Notes under the pieces: model-generated
Databases searched by the model: none
Seen by the model: the letters and a program-made list of their open reading frames with translations, nothing else
What the model was told of the DNA's origin: nothing
Translations under genes and position numbers: made by a program
Source: a virus
Direction: 5' to 3' (one strand)
DNA: 64,000 nucleotides
Virus record (IMG/VR): IMGVR_UViG_3300028581_000020
Span: 1-64,000 of that record
Shown here: positions 27,620-35,298 of the stretch, piece after piece
Numbering within the stretch: the stretch's first letter is position 1
Layout: each line of letters opens with the position of its first letter

Positions 27620-28277
27620 TTTTAACTTGGTAAATTATGATACCGATAGTATTATGGTTTGTAAACCCGATGGATCGGCGTTTGATTCGGAAGAACAATC
27701 CCAACTTCTAATCGAGCTTAATTCTCTTTTCCCCAAAAGGATTAAATGGGAACCCGATGGGTATTTCCATACGGTAGCTATCATTAAAGCTAAAAACTAT
27801 ATCTTGTACGATGGAAAGAAGTTGAAAATCAAGGGAGCCGCATTAAAAGCAACAACAAAAGAACCTGCCCTACAAGAATATATTAAAGAAGTCATTGACT
27901 GTATTATTGAAGGTCGTTATAATCATAAAGAAGTCTATGATAAATACGCTAAAGAAATCATGTCGTTAACCGATATTAAACGCTGGGCGACGAGAAAGAC
28001 CTTGACTAATACTGTATTTGCTGGCGAGCAAACGACGGCAAAGAAAGTGCTTGACGCCATTGACGGAACTGAATATACTGAAGGAGATCGTGCTTATTTC
28101 TTCTTTAAGCCCGACGAATCGTTAGAACTAGTTGAAAACTTCACGGGAGAATATCATGTTGACAAACTTTTGGAAAAGCTGTTCAAAACTTCTTCAATTT
28201 TTCACACGGTCATTCCGAAAGACACCTTCCCAAACTACAAACTCAAACGAAATAAAATACTGTTATCCAGTTTATAA
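27606..28277 (+). CDS. Family B DNA polymerase, C-terminal part (motif C, thumb)
   Basis: NYDTDS, KAKNY, IKG. Has its own AAGGA SD. Confidence 0.85.
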   Translation: MSNHDFNLVNYDTDSIMVCKPDGSAFDSEEQSQLLIELNSLFPKRIKWEPDGYFHTVAIIKAKNYILYDGKKLKIKGAALKATTKEPALQEYIKEVIDCIIEGRYNHKEVYDKYAKEIMSLTDIKRWATRKTLTNTVFAGEQTTAKKVLDAIDGTEYTEGDRAYFFFKPDESLELVENFTGEYHVDKLLEKLFKTSSIFHTVIPKDTFPNYKLKRNKILLSSL

Positions 28278-28516
28278 TGATTTTCTATAAGGGAATGATT
28301 TTAAAAGGAATTAATAGCATGGAAGGATTAGTTTTTAAGTTATTAAATATTAGTTCTCATGAATGGGAGCTTATTCAATCAACACGTATTGGTCCATCAC
28401 ATAGACCATATATAGTTTCGTATCCTATATCCGACCGAGAGTGGCCCGAAACAGAATGGATTGATGTAACAAAAGAATATGAAGTTGCTGACGAAATTAA
28501 GGACCTCTTGAAATAG
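28277..28516 (+). CDS. Small tagged protein
   Basis: MIFYKGMIL... and ends KEYEVADEIKDLLK*. Confidence 0.85.
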   Translation: MIFYKGMILKGINSMEGLVFKLLNISSHEWELIQSTRIGPSHRPYIVSYPISDREWPETEWIDVTKEYEVADEIKDLLK

Positions 28517-28517
28517 C

Positions 28518-29471
28518 ATGTTCCGAGACAATCTCCCAAAACCCGGCAATACAACAAAGATCAACGTCTTAATAACAGACGGCGGTCTTGGAGATCTTGC
28601 TTGTTCCCTCGTTCCCGTAAAATACATGCTCGATAATATGTTCTGGTTGAATCCTCAAATCTTTGTACCTGATTATTTATTTGACTTCGCAAAGAACGTC
28701 TTACCTTCAAAGGCAAAAATCTTCCGCTATTCCGAAGCCTCTCGTTATTATAAGGAAAAACTCCCGGCTGTATCCACGCAATGGAAAACCAACCATACGG
28801 CAATGCGTACACATCCGGTCGATTATGCATTCCACATGCTCCTTGACAAAACTCCAACGCCAGAGGAACGGAATTACCTCAAGGTGTCGCCGGTTGATAT
28901 TTCCGTTTTCAATCTCCCGACAAAATACGTCTGCATTGGAGTCGGACACACAAACCGCACTAAGGAATTCAAACCCGATGTTGTTAATGGAATTGTGACT
29001 TATTGTCTCTCCATGGGATACCTTCCCGTATTCCTTGGAAAAAAGGAAGAGCCCACAGGACATGAGAAACTCGGCTTAAAGGCTGAGATTTCTAATGACA
29101 TTGATTATACGAAAGGCCTTGATTTTACTGGGAAAACGACCATTTTGGAAGCCGCGAGTATTATCAACGGAGCGAAATGTTATATTGGAATGGACGGCGG
29201 ACTTGTTCATATCGCAGGATTTACAGATGTTCCGATCATCGCTGGTTATACGTTTGTGAACCCTAACCATATTATGCCTATTCGTAATGATATTCTAGGT
29301 CACAACGTACAAAATATAGTCCCGCCCCCATCATTAGGGTGTCGATTTTGTCAAACAAATTGGTCTATGTTTTATGACCATTCGTTCTTTGATTGTTATT
29401 ACGATGATTTTGAATGTGTTAAACAATTGACTCTTGACAAATGGATAGAAAAGCTGGAGAATGTATTATGA
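28518..29471 (+). CDS. GT9 (heptosyltransferase-like) glycosyltransferase
   Basis: GGLGD, DFTGKTTI, IGMDGGLVHIA, CRFC. Confidence 0.8.
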   Translation: MFRDNLPKPGNTTKINVLITDGGLGDLACSLVPVKYMLDNMFWLNPQIFVPDYLFDFAKNVLPSKAKIFRYSEASRYYKEKLPAVSTQWKTNHTAMRTHPVDYAFHMLLDKTPTPEERNYLKVSPVDISVFNLPTKYVCIGVGHTNRTKEFKPDVVNGIVTYCLSMGYLPVFLGKKEEPTGHEKLGLKAEISNDIDYTKGLDFTGKTTILEAASIINGAKCYIGMDGGLVHIAGFTDVPIIAGYTFVNPNHIMPIRNDILGHNVQNIVPPPSLGCRFCQTNWSMFYDHSFFDCYYDDFECVKQLTLDKWIEKLENVL

Positions 29472-29827
29472 TTGATTTTTTAAAAGGTATTTTTGGTATC
29501 TCTGCAAATAGTCAACAAATCCAGTCCTTACAATCGGGTGCTATTGCACGACAACAACTGGGCTCTCAAGGAACCAAAAGTAAGTTTTCTGTATATACGA
29601 CACCAGGTTCCGAAACATTCTTTCCATATTCACAAGGAAGTATTTATTATGATCCAGAACGTCTTTTGCCGCTTCATCAAAGAAAAAGGGTGTCTCTTCT
29701 AAAGCTTCAACGCCGAGCGGCAGAAGTCTCCTCTCTTATTACTGAAAAACAGGACGATCTTATTAAATTAAACGCTCGAATTAAAGAAATTTCTATTCAA
29801 GAAGAGCTTAAAGACCTATTGAAATGA
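29468..29827 (+). CDS. Tagged coiled-coil protein
   Basis: Ends KEISIQEELKDLLK*. Confidence 0.8.
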   Translation: MIDFLKGIFGISANSQQIQSLQSGAIARQQLGSQGTKSKFSVYTTPGSETFFPYSQGSIYYDPERLLPLHQRKRVSLLKLQRRAAEVSSLITEKQDDLIKLNARIKEISIQEELKDLLK

Positions 29828-30090
29828 CCTTCACAAAAGGACACGTTTATTACTCTAATTGTAATACCTATGGTATTGCGTGGGAATGTTTAGAATCAAC
29901 GATAGTCGCCCACGTACGGTGTCAGGCCGTAGAGTTTACTGGAAATGTTCCCGATCATATTACAGTTAGACTATTTGACCCACAGACAATCGTATTTGGC
30001 CTGCATACAGACCACATGAAAAATATTACGGAATACGCATCAAAAAAAGCCTGGGAAACTAGAAACGAAGTGAAAGATCTACTTGCTTGA
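29824..30090 (+). CDS. Small tagged protein
   Basis: Ends KAWETRNEVKDLLA*. Confidence 0.85.
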   Translation: MTFTKGHVYYSNCNTYGIAWECLESTIVAHVRCQAVEFTGNVPDHITVRLFDPQTIVFGLHTDHMKNITEYASKKAWETRNEVKDLLA

Positions 30091-30293
30091 AATTTAAACT
30101 TGGTGATCTTATTAGCCCTAAAAATATGTCGGTAGTCTATAAAGTAATGTCAATTGATCCTGTCATGAACAAAATAAAATTACTGACTCCAGATCTCAGA
30201 ATACTTACGCTTTATAATGATAATACAGAAGAACACTTTGAAATTGCTAAAGAACAAGTTGTTTCTGATGAAGTGAAGGATCTTTTAAAATGA
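30087..30293 (+). CDS. Small tagged protein
   Basis: MKFKLGDL... and ends KEQVVSDEVKDLLK*. Confidence 0.85.
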   Translation: MKFKLGDLISPKNMSVVYKVMSIDPVMNKIKLLTPDLRILTLYNDNTEEHFEIAKEQVVSDEVKDLLK

Positions 30294-30493
30294 TTGTAAA
30301 TTATAAAACATACGGACAATTGGTATCAGTATTCAAAGGAACATATGAAGCTCCATGGAAAACCGAGACAGACGTTTCCCGGCTTTTTGAATATAGAAAC
30401 ATGCCGGGGATGTCAACGGAAAATACCGAGTTCATTGACAAACGAATTAAGGAATTAGAAACGTCACAAGAAGTGAAGGAACTATTGAAGTGA
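30290..30493 (+). CDS. Small tagged protein (paralog of 30490)
   Basis: Ends KRIKELETSQEVKELLK*. Confidence 0.85.
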   Translation: MIVNYKTYGQLVSVFKGTYEAPWKTETDVSRLFEYRNMPGMSTENTEFIDKRIKELETSQEVKELLK

Positions 30494-30702
30494 GCATTAC
30501 TTATATGCTTAAGGCTACATACGGTAATCTTATAAATCTAATTCCGGAAGGCGTTTATTTATTCTCCATTGAAAGAGAAACCTCATTAGAAAAACTTAAT
30601 AATATGTTAACAAATGAACGCTCTGAAGATATTTTAGATCGCGTTCGTAAAAGAATCAAACACATTGAAACCCAACAAGAAGTGAAGGATTTACTCGCTT
30701 GA
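30490..30702 (+). CDS. Small tagged protein
   Basis: Ends KRIKHIETQQEVKDLLA*. Confidence 0.85.
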   Translation: MSITYMLKATYGNLINLIPEGVYLFSIERETSLEKLNNMLTNERSEDILDRVRKRIKHIETQQEVKDLLA

Positions 30703-31346
30703 AAACCGCCATTGTCTCTACATGTTGGCTGGGGAATGACGATTATATTAAGAAAACGGCTAAATTCCTCAAATATTACTCCCAATCAGTCCATAAAGCC
30801 CTTGGAAGCCCCGATCTATGGTTGGTAGATAATGCCTCCCCTCCGGAAGGACATCGCGCATTGGACGGCCTCTGGGGCACGTCTAAAGTCAAATGGAAGC
30901 GTTATGACAAGCATTATACAAGATCGGCGCATTTAGAATATCCGTATTTGTGGCGCGCTTTGTATTTCTGCCGCGATTTGTTCCAAGAGCATGATTATGA
31001 AAAGGTAATATTCGCGGATAATGATGCTTATATTATCTCAAATAATATGGCCGATGTTATTAAGCAAACGAAGAATACGGCATGGTGGAGCCCTTTCTGT
31101 ACAAAACACGGGTTTGCTGAAACTGGCATTCAGATCATTGGAAGCAATAATACAGAATATTGGGACTTGACTAGAAAACCGTATGTAAGCTACAATGGAT
31201 TGACAATGGAAACGACTCTTCCTGTCACAAAGAACAAAACGCTTGTTGGTGATCGATTCTCAGAATACGGAATTGATAAGCAAGTTCCAGGCTGGGATTT
31301 CTCTACACAAACGACTTTAGAGATGGATATTAAATATAATGGATAA
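30699..31346 (+). CDS. Putative GT-A fold glycosyltransferase
   Basis: LVDNAS and a VIFADNDAY DxD-like motif. Confidence 0.6.
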   Translation: MKTAIVSTCWLGNDDYIKKTAKFLKYYSQSVHKALGSPDLWLVDNASPPEGHRALDGLWGTSKVKWKRYDKHYTRSAHLEYPYLWRALYFCRDLFQEHDYEKVIFADNDAYIISNNMADVIKQTKNTAWWSPFCTKHGFAETGIQIIGSNNTEYWDLTRKPYVSYNGLTMETTLPVTKNKTLVGDRFSEYGIDKQVPGWDFSTQTTLEMDIKYNG

Positions 31347-31362
31347 GGATCTTTTGAAATGA
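31339..31362 (+). other. 7-codon tag remnant MDKDLLK*
   Basis: ATG GAT AAG GAT CTT TTG AAA TGA, overlapping the next ATG. Confidence 0.55.
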
Positions 31363-32000
31363 GTAAAATCAAATGTATTCTCCCTTGTGCAGGACTTGGA
31401 ACGCGAATGGGAATGAAAAATAACGAAGCCAAAGAACTTCTATTAGATCCAACGTATCAAACTCCAATTATCGACTATTCGCTTAAGATCTGTAAAGATC
31501 AAGGATTTACGCCAGTTATCATCTCTCGCAAGGAAAAACGTGAATTTAATCGTTATGTCTCAGGAAAAGCTGAATTGCTTATTATTGAACCCCGAGGAGA
31601 ATGGATGGACTCTATACTACAATCGAAAGATTTGTGGGAAGAAAAAAACATCCTAATTCTCCCCGATACAAGATTTAGGCCTATTGACGAGGCTTCAAAG
31701 CTCGTTAAAGATCTGGATTTCTGTAATCTGTCCTTTGGTCTTCATTTTGTAAAAGATACACAAAACTGGGGCATTGTCAAGCAAATAGATATGAAAACTT
31801 ATGATGTCATTGAAAAGCCTAAAGACAACATCTTCTGTTCTACGGCTTGGGGAATCGTCGCTTTTAAGCCAGAACAAGGCGAACAACTATTCGAAGGCTT
31901 TCGGACAAAGAACCAATGGTTTAGGGTTGAAAACGCTTCTTGTGCTTATCTTCAAAGTTTTAAAGATATAACGAGAACCGGAAAGATCGAAGATGCTTAA
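31359..32000 (+). CDS. Sugar-phosphate nucleotidyltransferase-like protein
   Basis: ILPCAGLGTRM, KELL, LPD, EKP. Confidence 0.8.
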   Translation: MSKIKCILPCAGLGTRMGMKNNEAKELLLDPTYQTPIIDYSLKICKDQGFTPVIISRKEKREFNRYVSGKAELLIIEPRGEWMDSILQSKDLWEEKNILILPDTRFRPIDEASKLVKDLDFCNLSFGLHFVKDTQNWGIVKQIDMKTYDVIEKPKDNIFCSTAWGIVAFKPEQGEQLFEGFRTKNQWFRVENASCAYLQSFKDITRTGKIEDA

Positions 32001-32076
32001 AGTTGACGATACTGGGATTCCTTTTACATATATCGGAAATGAAGTTGAAAAAGAAGTCAAGGACTTGCTTAAGTAA
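31993..32076 (+). CDS. 27-aa tag micropeptide (not in ORF track)
   Basis: MLKVDDTGIPFTYIGNEVEKEVKDLLK*. TAATG overlap. Confidence 0.7.
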   Translation: MLKVDDTGIPFTYIGNEVEKEVKDLLK

Positions 32077-32432
32077 TGAAACTCAAATACTTCGATCTGG
32101 CAAGACAGCTCTCTGAGAAATCCGACCACCACACGTATAAAATTGGTTGCGTCATTGTTCGTAAAAATCGCATAATTGGAATGGGCTGTAATAAAATGAA
32201 AACCCATGTGGCTTCTCCACACAAATGGAAACATATTCACGCAGAATTTGATGCCATTCTTTCGACTCGAAATAAAGAGGACCTTGTTGGTGCGAGCGTT
32301 TATGTATTCCGCGCAAGGAAAGACGGAACGAACGCCATTTCAAAACCGTGTCCATCTTGTAAAAATATGTTGCAATCTGTAGGTGTCTCTGATATCTTCT
32401 ATACAGAGGACGGTGGATATGGGAAAATTTAA
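32076..32432 (+). CDS. Zn-dependent cytidine/dCMP deaminase family protein
   Basis: HAE and PCPSC motifs. Confidence 0.85.
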   Translation: MKLKYFDLARQLSEKSDHHTYKIGCVIVRKNRIIGMGCNKMKTHVASPHKWKHIHAEFDAILSTRNKEDLVGASVYVFRARKDGTNAISKPCPSCKNMLQSVGVSDIFYTEDGGYGKI

Positions 32433-32637
32433 AATAGGGCAATTGATTGAGAGTTCTGCGCATCCCGGTAATATTACTCTAGATAAAATAATTACGGACA
32501 TTAAAGAAGAAATTTATATTTGTAAAAATGTAGTAAATGGTGCTCAATTGTACCTTCCTTTTAGTTTTGTCGATAACCGTTACACTTTACATAAATCTTG
32601 CCAAATTGAAGAAGAAGTGAAGGATTTATTGAAATGA
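32419..32637 (+). CDS. Small tagged protein
   Basis: MGKFKIGQL... and ends KSCQIEEEVKDLLK*. Confidence 0.85.
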   Translation: MGKFKIGQLIESSAHPGNITLDKIITDIKEEIYICKNVVNGAQLYLPFSFVDNRYTLHKSCQIEEEVKDLLK

Positions 32638-32858
32638 GCTTTAGAGTGGAAATTGGGATGGTATTTCGAGTTCCGCAAGGACTCCAAAGCAGCGGTCCCT
32701 GGCACTTCGAATACCTAGGCAACGGTAACTTTAAAAATCTAGAAATTAATAAAATTATTAGCTATGATCCAGACCATTCTTTGTGGGAATCTTATTATGT
32801 TCCAAACTATAAAAAAACTAAGGAGATTAAAGATGAAATTTCTACTCTTCTGTCTTAG
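32634..32858 (+). CDS. Small tagged protein (PNY subtype)
   Basis: Ends VPNYKKTKEIKDEISTLLS*. Confidence 0.8.
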   Translation: MSFRVEIGMVFRVPQGLQSSGPWHFEYLGNGNFKNLEINKIISYDPDHSLWESYYVPNYKKTKEIKDEISTLLS

Positions 32859-33255
32859 CCTTTTACCTATTGCCGCACATGCTTGGGGAGAAGTTGATGG
32901 TTATCTAGAAGCTCGCAAATATTTTAATGCAAATTATCCTGGTCATTTTGATGCCACAGGAGATCCACAATTATACGGCGTAGATTTCCAATTTAACTTT
33001 CGGCTTGTTCCCAAATATTTTACACTAATTGCCGGAGCCAGGTCTAATGGTAATGCCCACGGCTTCTCTCAAGCAGCCGGACGGGCTGGTATTGAAACGC
33101 ATTGGAAAATGCCCTTTGGTGGTCCGCGCATTGACGTTGGAGTTATGCACGAATCGCAACATAATTTTGAATATGAACAAGGCCTGAACGTTCCCTATCG
33201 CTTCTATACGGGAGAATGGCTGTATGTCCGATACAATTTTGGAAATAAGCCGTAA
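32833..33255 (+). CDS. Putative small outer-membrane beta-barrel protein
   Basis: Signal peptide (AHA), alternating beta strands, LYVRYNF near the C-end. AGGAG SD. Confidence 0.6.
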   Translation: MKFLLFCLSLLPIAAHAWGEVDGYLEARKYFNANYPGHFDATGDPQLYGVDFQFNFRLVPKYFTLIAGARSNGNAHGFSQAAGRAGIETHWKMPFGGPRIDVGVMHESQHNFEYEQGLNVPYRFYTGEWLYVRYNFGNKP

Positions 33256-33257
33256 TT

Positions 33258-33509
33258 ATGATGCAAGTTATTACCGTATATAACGGAACGGTTCTAAAAA
33301 ATAAAAATACCGGGACGAAGTGGACCTTTGTTATTGAACCTAATGAGATGTATTGGCTTCGGAATGGGACACATAAATATCCAGTAAACAGCGATGAAGT
33401 TACAAAACGTGAAAATTCCGATCAATACGAGGCGTCAATTCCTGATTTTTTTATCGACATTACAAAAAGCAATGAAATTGAAAAAGAAGTGAAAGACTTG
33501 TTGTCTTGA
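33258..33509 (+). CDS. Small tagged protein
   Basis: Ends KSNEIEKEVKDLLS*. Confidence 0.85.
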   Translation: MMQVITVYNGTVLKNKNTGTKWTFVIEPNEMYWLRNGTHKYPVNSDEVTKRENSDQYEASIPDFFIDITKSNEIEKEVKDLLS

Positions 33510-33718
33510 AATCAGCGGATAAAATTGTAGCGGTCAACGATTCCAAAGGTATAACGTATTATGCCTTTAATTTTGACAGTCAAATGTATTGTGCTTATTT
33601 TATGGACTCTGTAAATTTCTATTCCTTTCATAGCGGCTGGCTTCCTATAAATGACGAGGCCCGGAGAATTCTTAAACAACACGAAGTTAATGCTGAGATC
33701 AAGAGTCTATTAAAATGA
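33506..33718 (+). CDS. Small tagged protein
   Basis: Ends KQHEVNAEIKSLLK*. Confidence 0.85.
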   Translation: MKSADKIVAVNDSKGITYYAFNFDSQMYCAYFMDSVNFYSFHSGWLPINDEARRILKQHEVNAEIKSLLK

Positions 33719-33963
33719 AATTTAAAGTCGGTGAATACTACGAAATAACCGAAGACATGCAGGGACACGCAGTATGCCACAAACGCGGCTCGGTTTTTAA
33801 AGTTATGGAATCAACTTCAGAAATTGATAGATTCGTAATCAGATTTATTGATGGAGAAAAAACAACCGGGCCTTGGTATGACGGAATGTCTTGCTATAAG
33901 CACCGCCCAGAACTAAAAAAGGGCGACCAAGTAAAAGAAGAACTTGACAATCTACTAGCGTGA
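33715..33963 (+). CDS. Small tagged protein (paralog of 6228)
   Basis: MKFKVGEYY... and ends KGDQVKEELDNLLA*. Confidence 0.85.
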   Translation: MKFKVGEYYEITEDMQGHAVCHKRGSVFKVMESTSEIDRFVIRFIDGEKTTGPWYDGMSCYKHRPELKKGDQVKEELDNLLA

Positions 33964-33972
33964 TGATAATAT
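33944..33972 (+). promoter_or_regulatory. Sigma70-like promoter starting inside tag-coding DNA
   Basis: TTGACA-N17-TAATAT with TGn. ATG at 33981 has no SD. Confidence 0.6.
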
Positions 33973-33980
33973 AGTTCTAT

Positions 33981-35045
33981 ATGAAATTAGCATTTGATGA
34001 CGTTCTTATTAGTCCCGGATTTTCCCATATCAACTCCCGTAAAGACGTTGACCTTTCCTCCAACCTCGGAAGCTTGGGATTGAAACTCCCAGTAATCTCG
34101 GCTCCGATGGATACTGTAACGGGACCTGCGATGGCAAACGCCCTATCCAAGGTTGGCGCTGCCGCAGCCCTTCATCGCTTTCAAAGTATTGATGATAATT
34201 TGAAGCAGTTTAAAGCTTGTGAAGGAAAAGTCATTGTTTCTGTAGGCTTGAACGATTGGGAACGAACCAGCGCTCTTTATGATGCTGGTGCTGAATATTT
34301 CCTATTAGACATTGCTCATGGAGCGCAAATGCAGGTTGTAGATTGGGTATCTGCCTTTCGGCAGAAGTATTCTGGAGTATGGCTAATGGTTGGGAATTTT
34401 GCTAATGCGAATCAAATCCACACATTTATGACACATACAAATAAAGTAGATAGTTGGAGGATAGGAGTGGGCTCAGGATCGAGTTGCGAAACAAGAGTTA
34501 AGACCGGATGTGGTTTGCCGACTCTTTCAAGCCTTCTCTCCATCAAAGATTATAATTCATCAAATTGGAAGCATCAAATCGAGAATATTGTTGCTGATGG
34601 CGGAATTAAGAATCCTGGGGACGTTGCAAAGTCCTTGGCCGCAGGAGCTTCTGCTGTAATGGTCGGAAAACTTCTTGCTGGAACTGATGAAAGTCCTGGT
34701 GAAATTACAGAAGTCGGAGGATGGTTTGCTCGACCTGATAAATACGCCGTCGAGAAAGAAACCCGAGTTGACGGCATTAAAGTGAAACAATATAGAGGCT
34801 CGGCTTCCGCCGAAAGCTATAAAGATCAAGGAAAAATCCAAGGCTATATTACGACAGAAGGAGTGTCCTTCACAATTCCGTATAAAGGCCCAGTATCTTC
34901 TGTGTTAACCGACATTGAAGGTGGCCTTCGTTCTGCCCTCACCTACGCGGGCGTTTCGAACCTGAAGGATTTTAGACAGTCTGCTGAGCTTGTACAGATT
35001 ACGAATGCCGGAGCTTTAGAAAGCAAAGCACATGGCAAAATTTGA
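33981..35045 (+). CDS. guaB: IMP dehydrogenase / GMP reductase family protein, no CBS domains
   Basis: FDDVL, SAPMDTV, DIAHG, GVGSGSSCETR, ADGGI, YRGSAS. IMPDH versus GMPR is not resolved. Confidence 0.8.
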   Translation: MKLAFDDVLISPGFSHINSRKDVDLSSNLGSLGLKLPVISAPMDTVTGPAMANALSKVGAAAALHRFQSIDDNLKQFKACEGKVIVSVGLNDWERTSALYDAGAEYFLLDIAHGAQMQVVDWVSAFRQKYSGVWLMVGNFANANQIHTFMTHTNKVDSWRIGVGSGSSCETRVKTGCGLPTLSSLLSIKDYNSSNWKHQIENIVADGGIKNPGDVAKSLAAGASAVMVGKLLAGTDESPGEITEVGGWFARPDKYAVEKETRVDGIKVKQYRGSASAESYKDQGKIQGYITTEGVSFTIPYKGPVSSVLTDIEGGLRSALTYAGVSNLKDFRQSAELVQITNAGALESKAHGKI

Positions 35046-35298
35046 GGTAGGACAGCAATATAGGTTTTCTCCAAAAGGAGTTTATAATCTCACGTTTGAA
35101 GTTTTATCTAAAACTGATGATGGTAGTTATAAATGTATTACGTTGACATTTGAAGCTACTGGAGCGACGCCTACGCCGACTGAAATAGCCGTTCCCGGAA
35201 AAACCTGGACATTTACACCGACTTCTTATATTGAAGAAATTTCAACATCACTAAAAGCCGAAGAAGTAATGGCAGAAATAAAAGAGCTTCTGTCATGA
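35032..35298 (+). CDS. Small tagged protein (last member)
   Basis: MAKFEVGQQY... and ends KAEEVMAEIKELLS*. Confidence 0.85.
   Translation: MAKFEVGQQYRFSPKGVYNLTFEVLSKTDDGSYKCITLTFEATGATPTPTEIAVPGKTWTFTPTSYIEEISTSLKAEEVMAEIKELLS

Noticed and set aside
460-35298. Recurrent gaagtgaaggatttattgaaatga as a CRISPR repeat or integron attC site
   Set aside because: Copies are degenerate at synonymous positions, coding, non-palindromic and usually 200+ nt apart. No cas operon or integrase is present.
3974-35298. Diversity-generating retroelement behind the variable genes
   Set aside because: No reverse transcriptase and no near-identical TR/VR pair with adenine-specific differences in this window.
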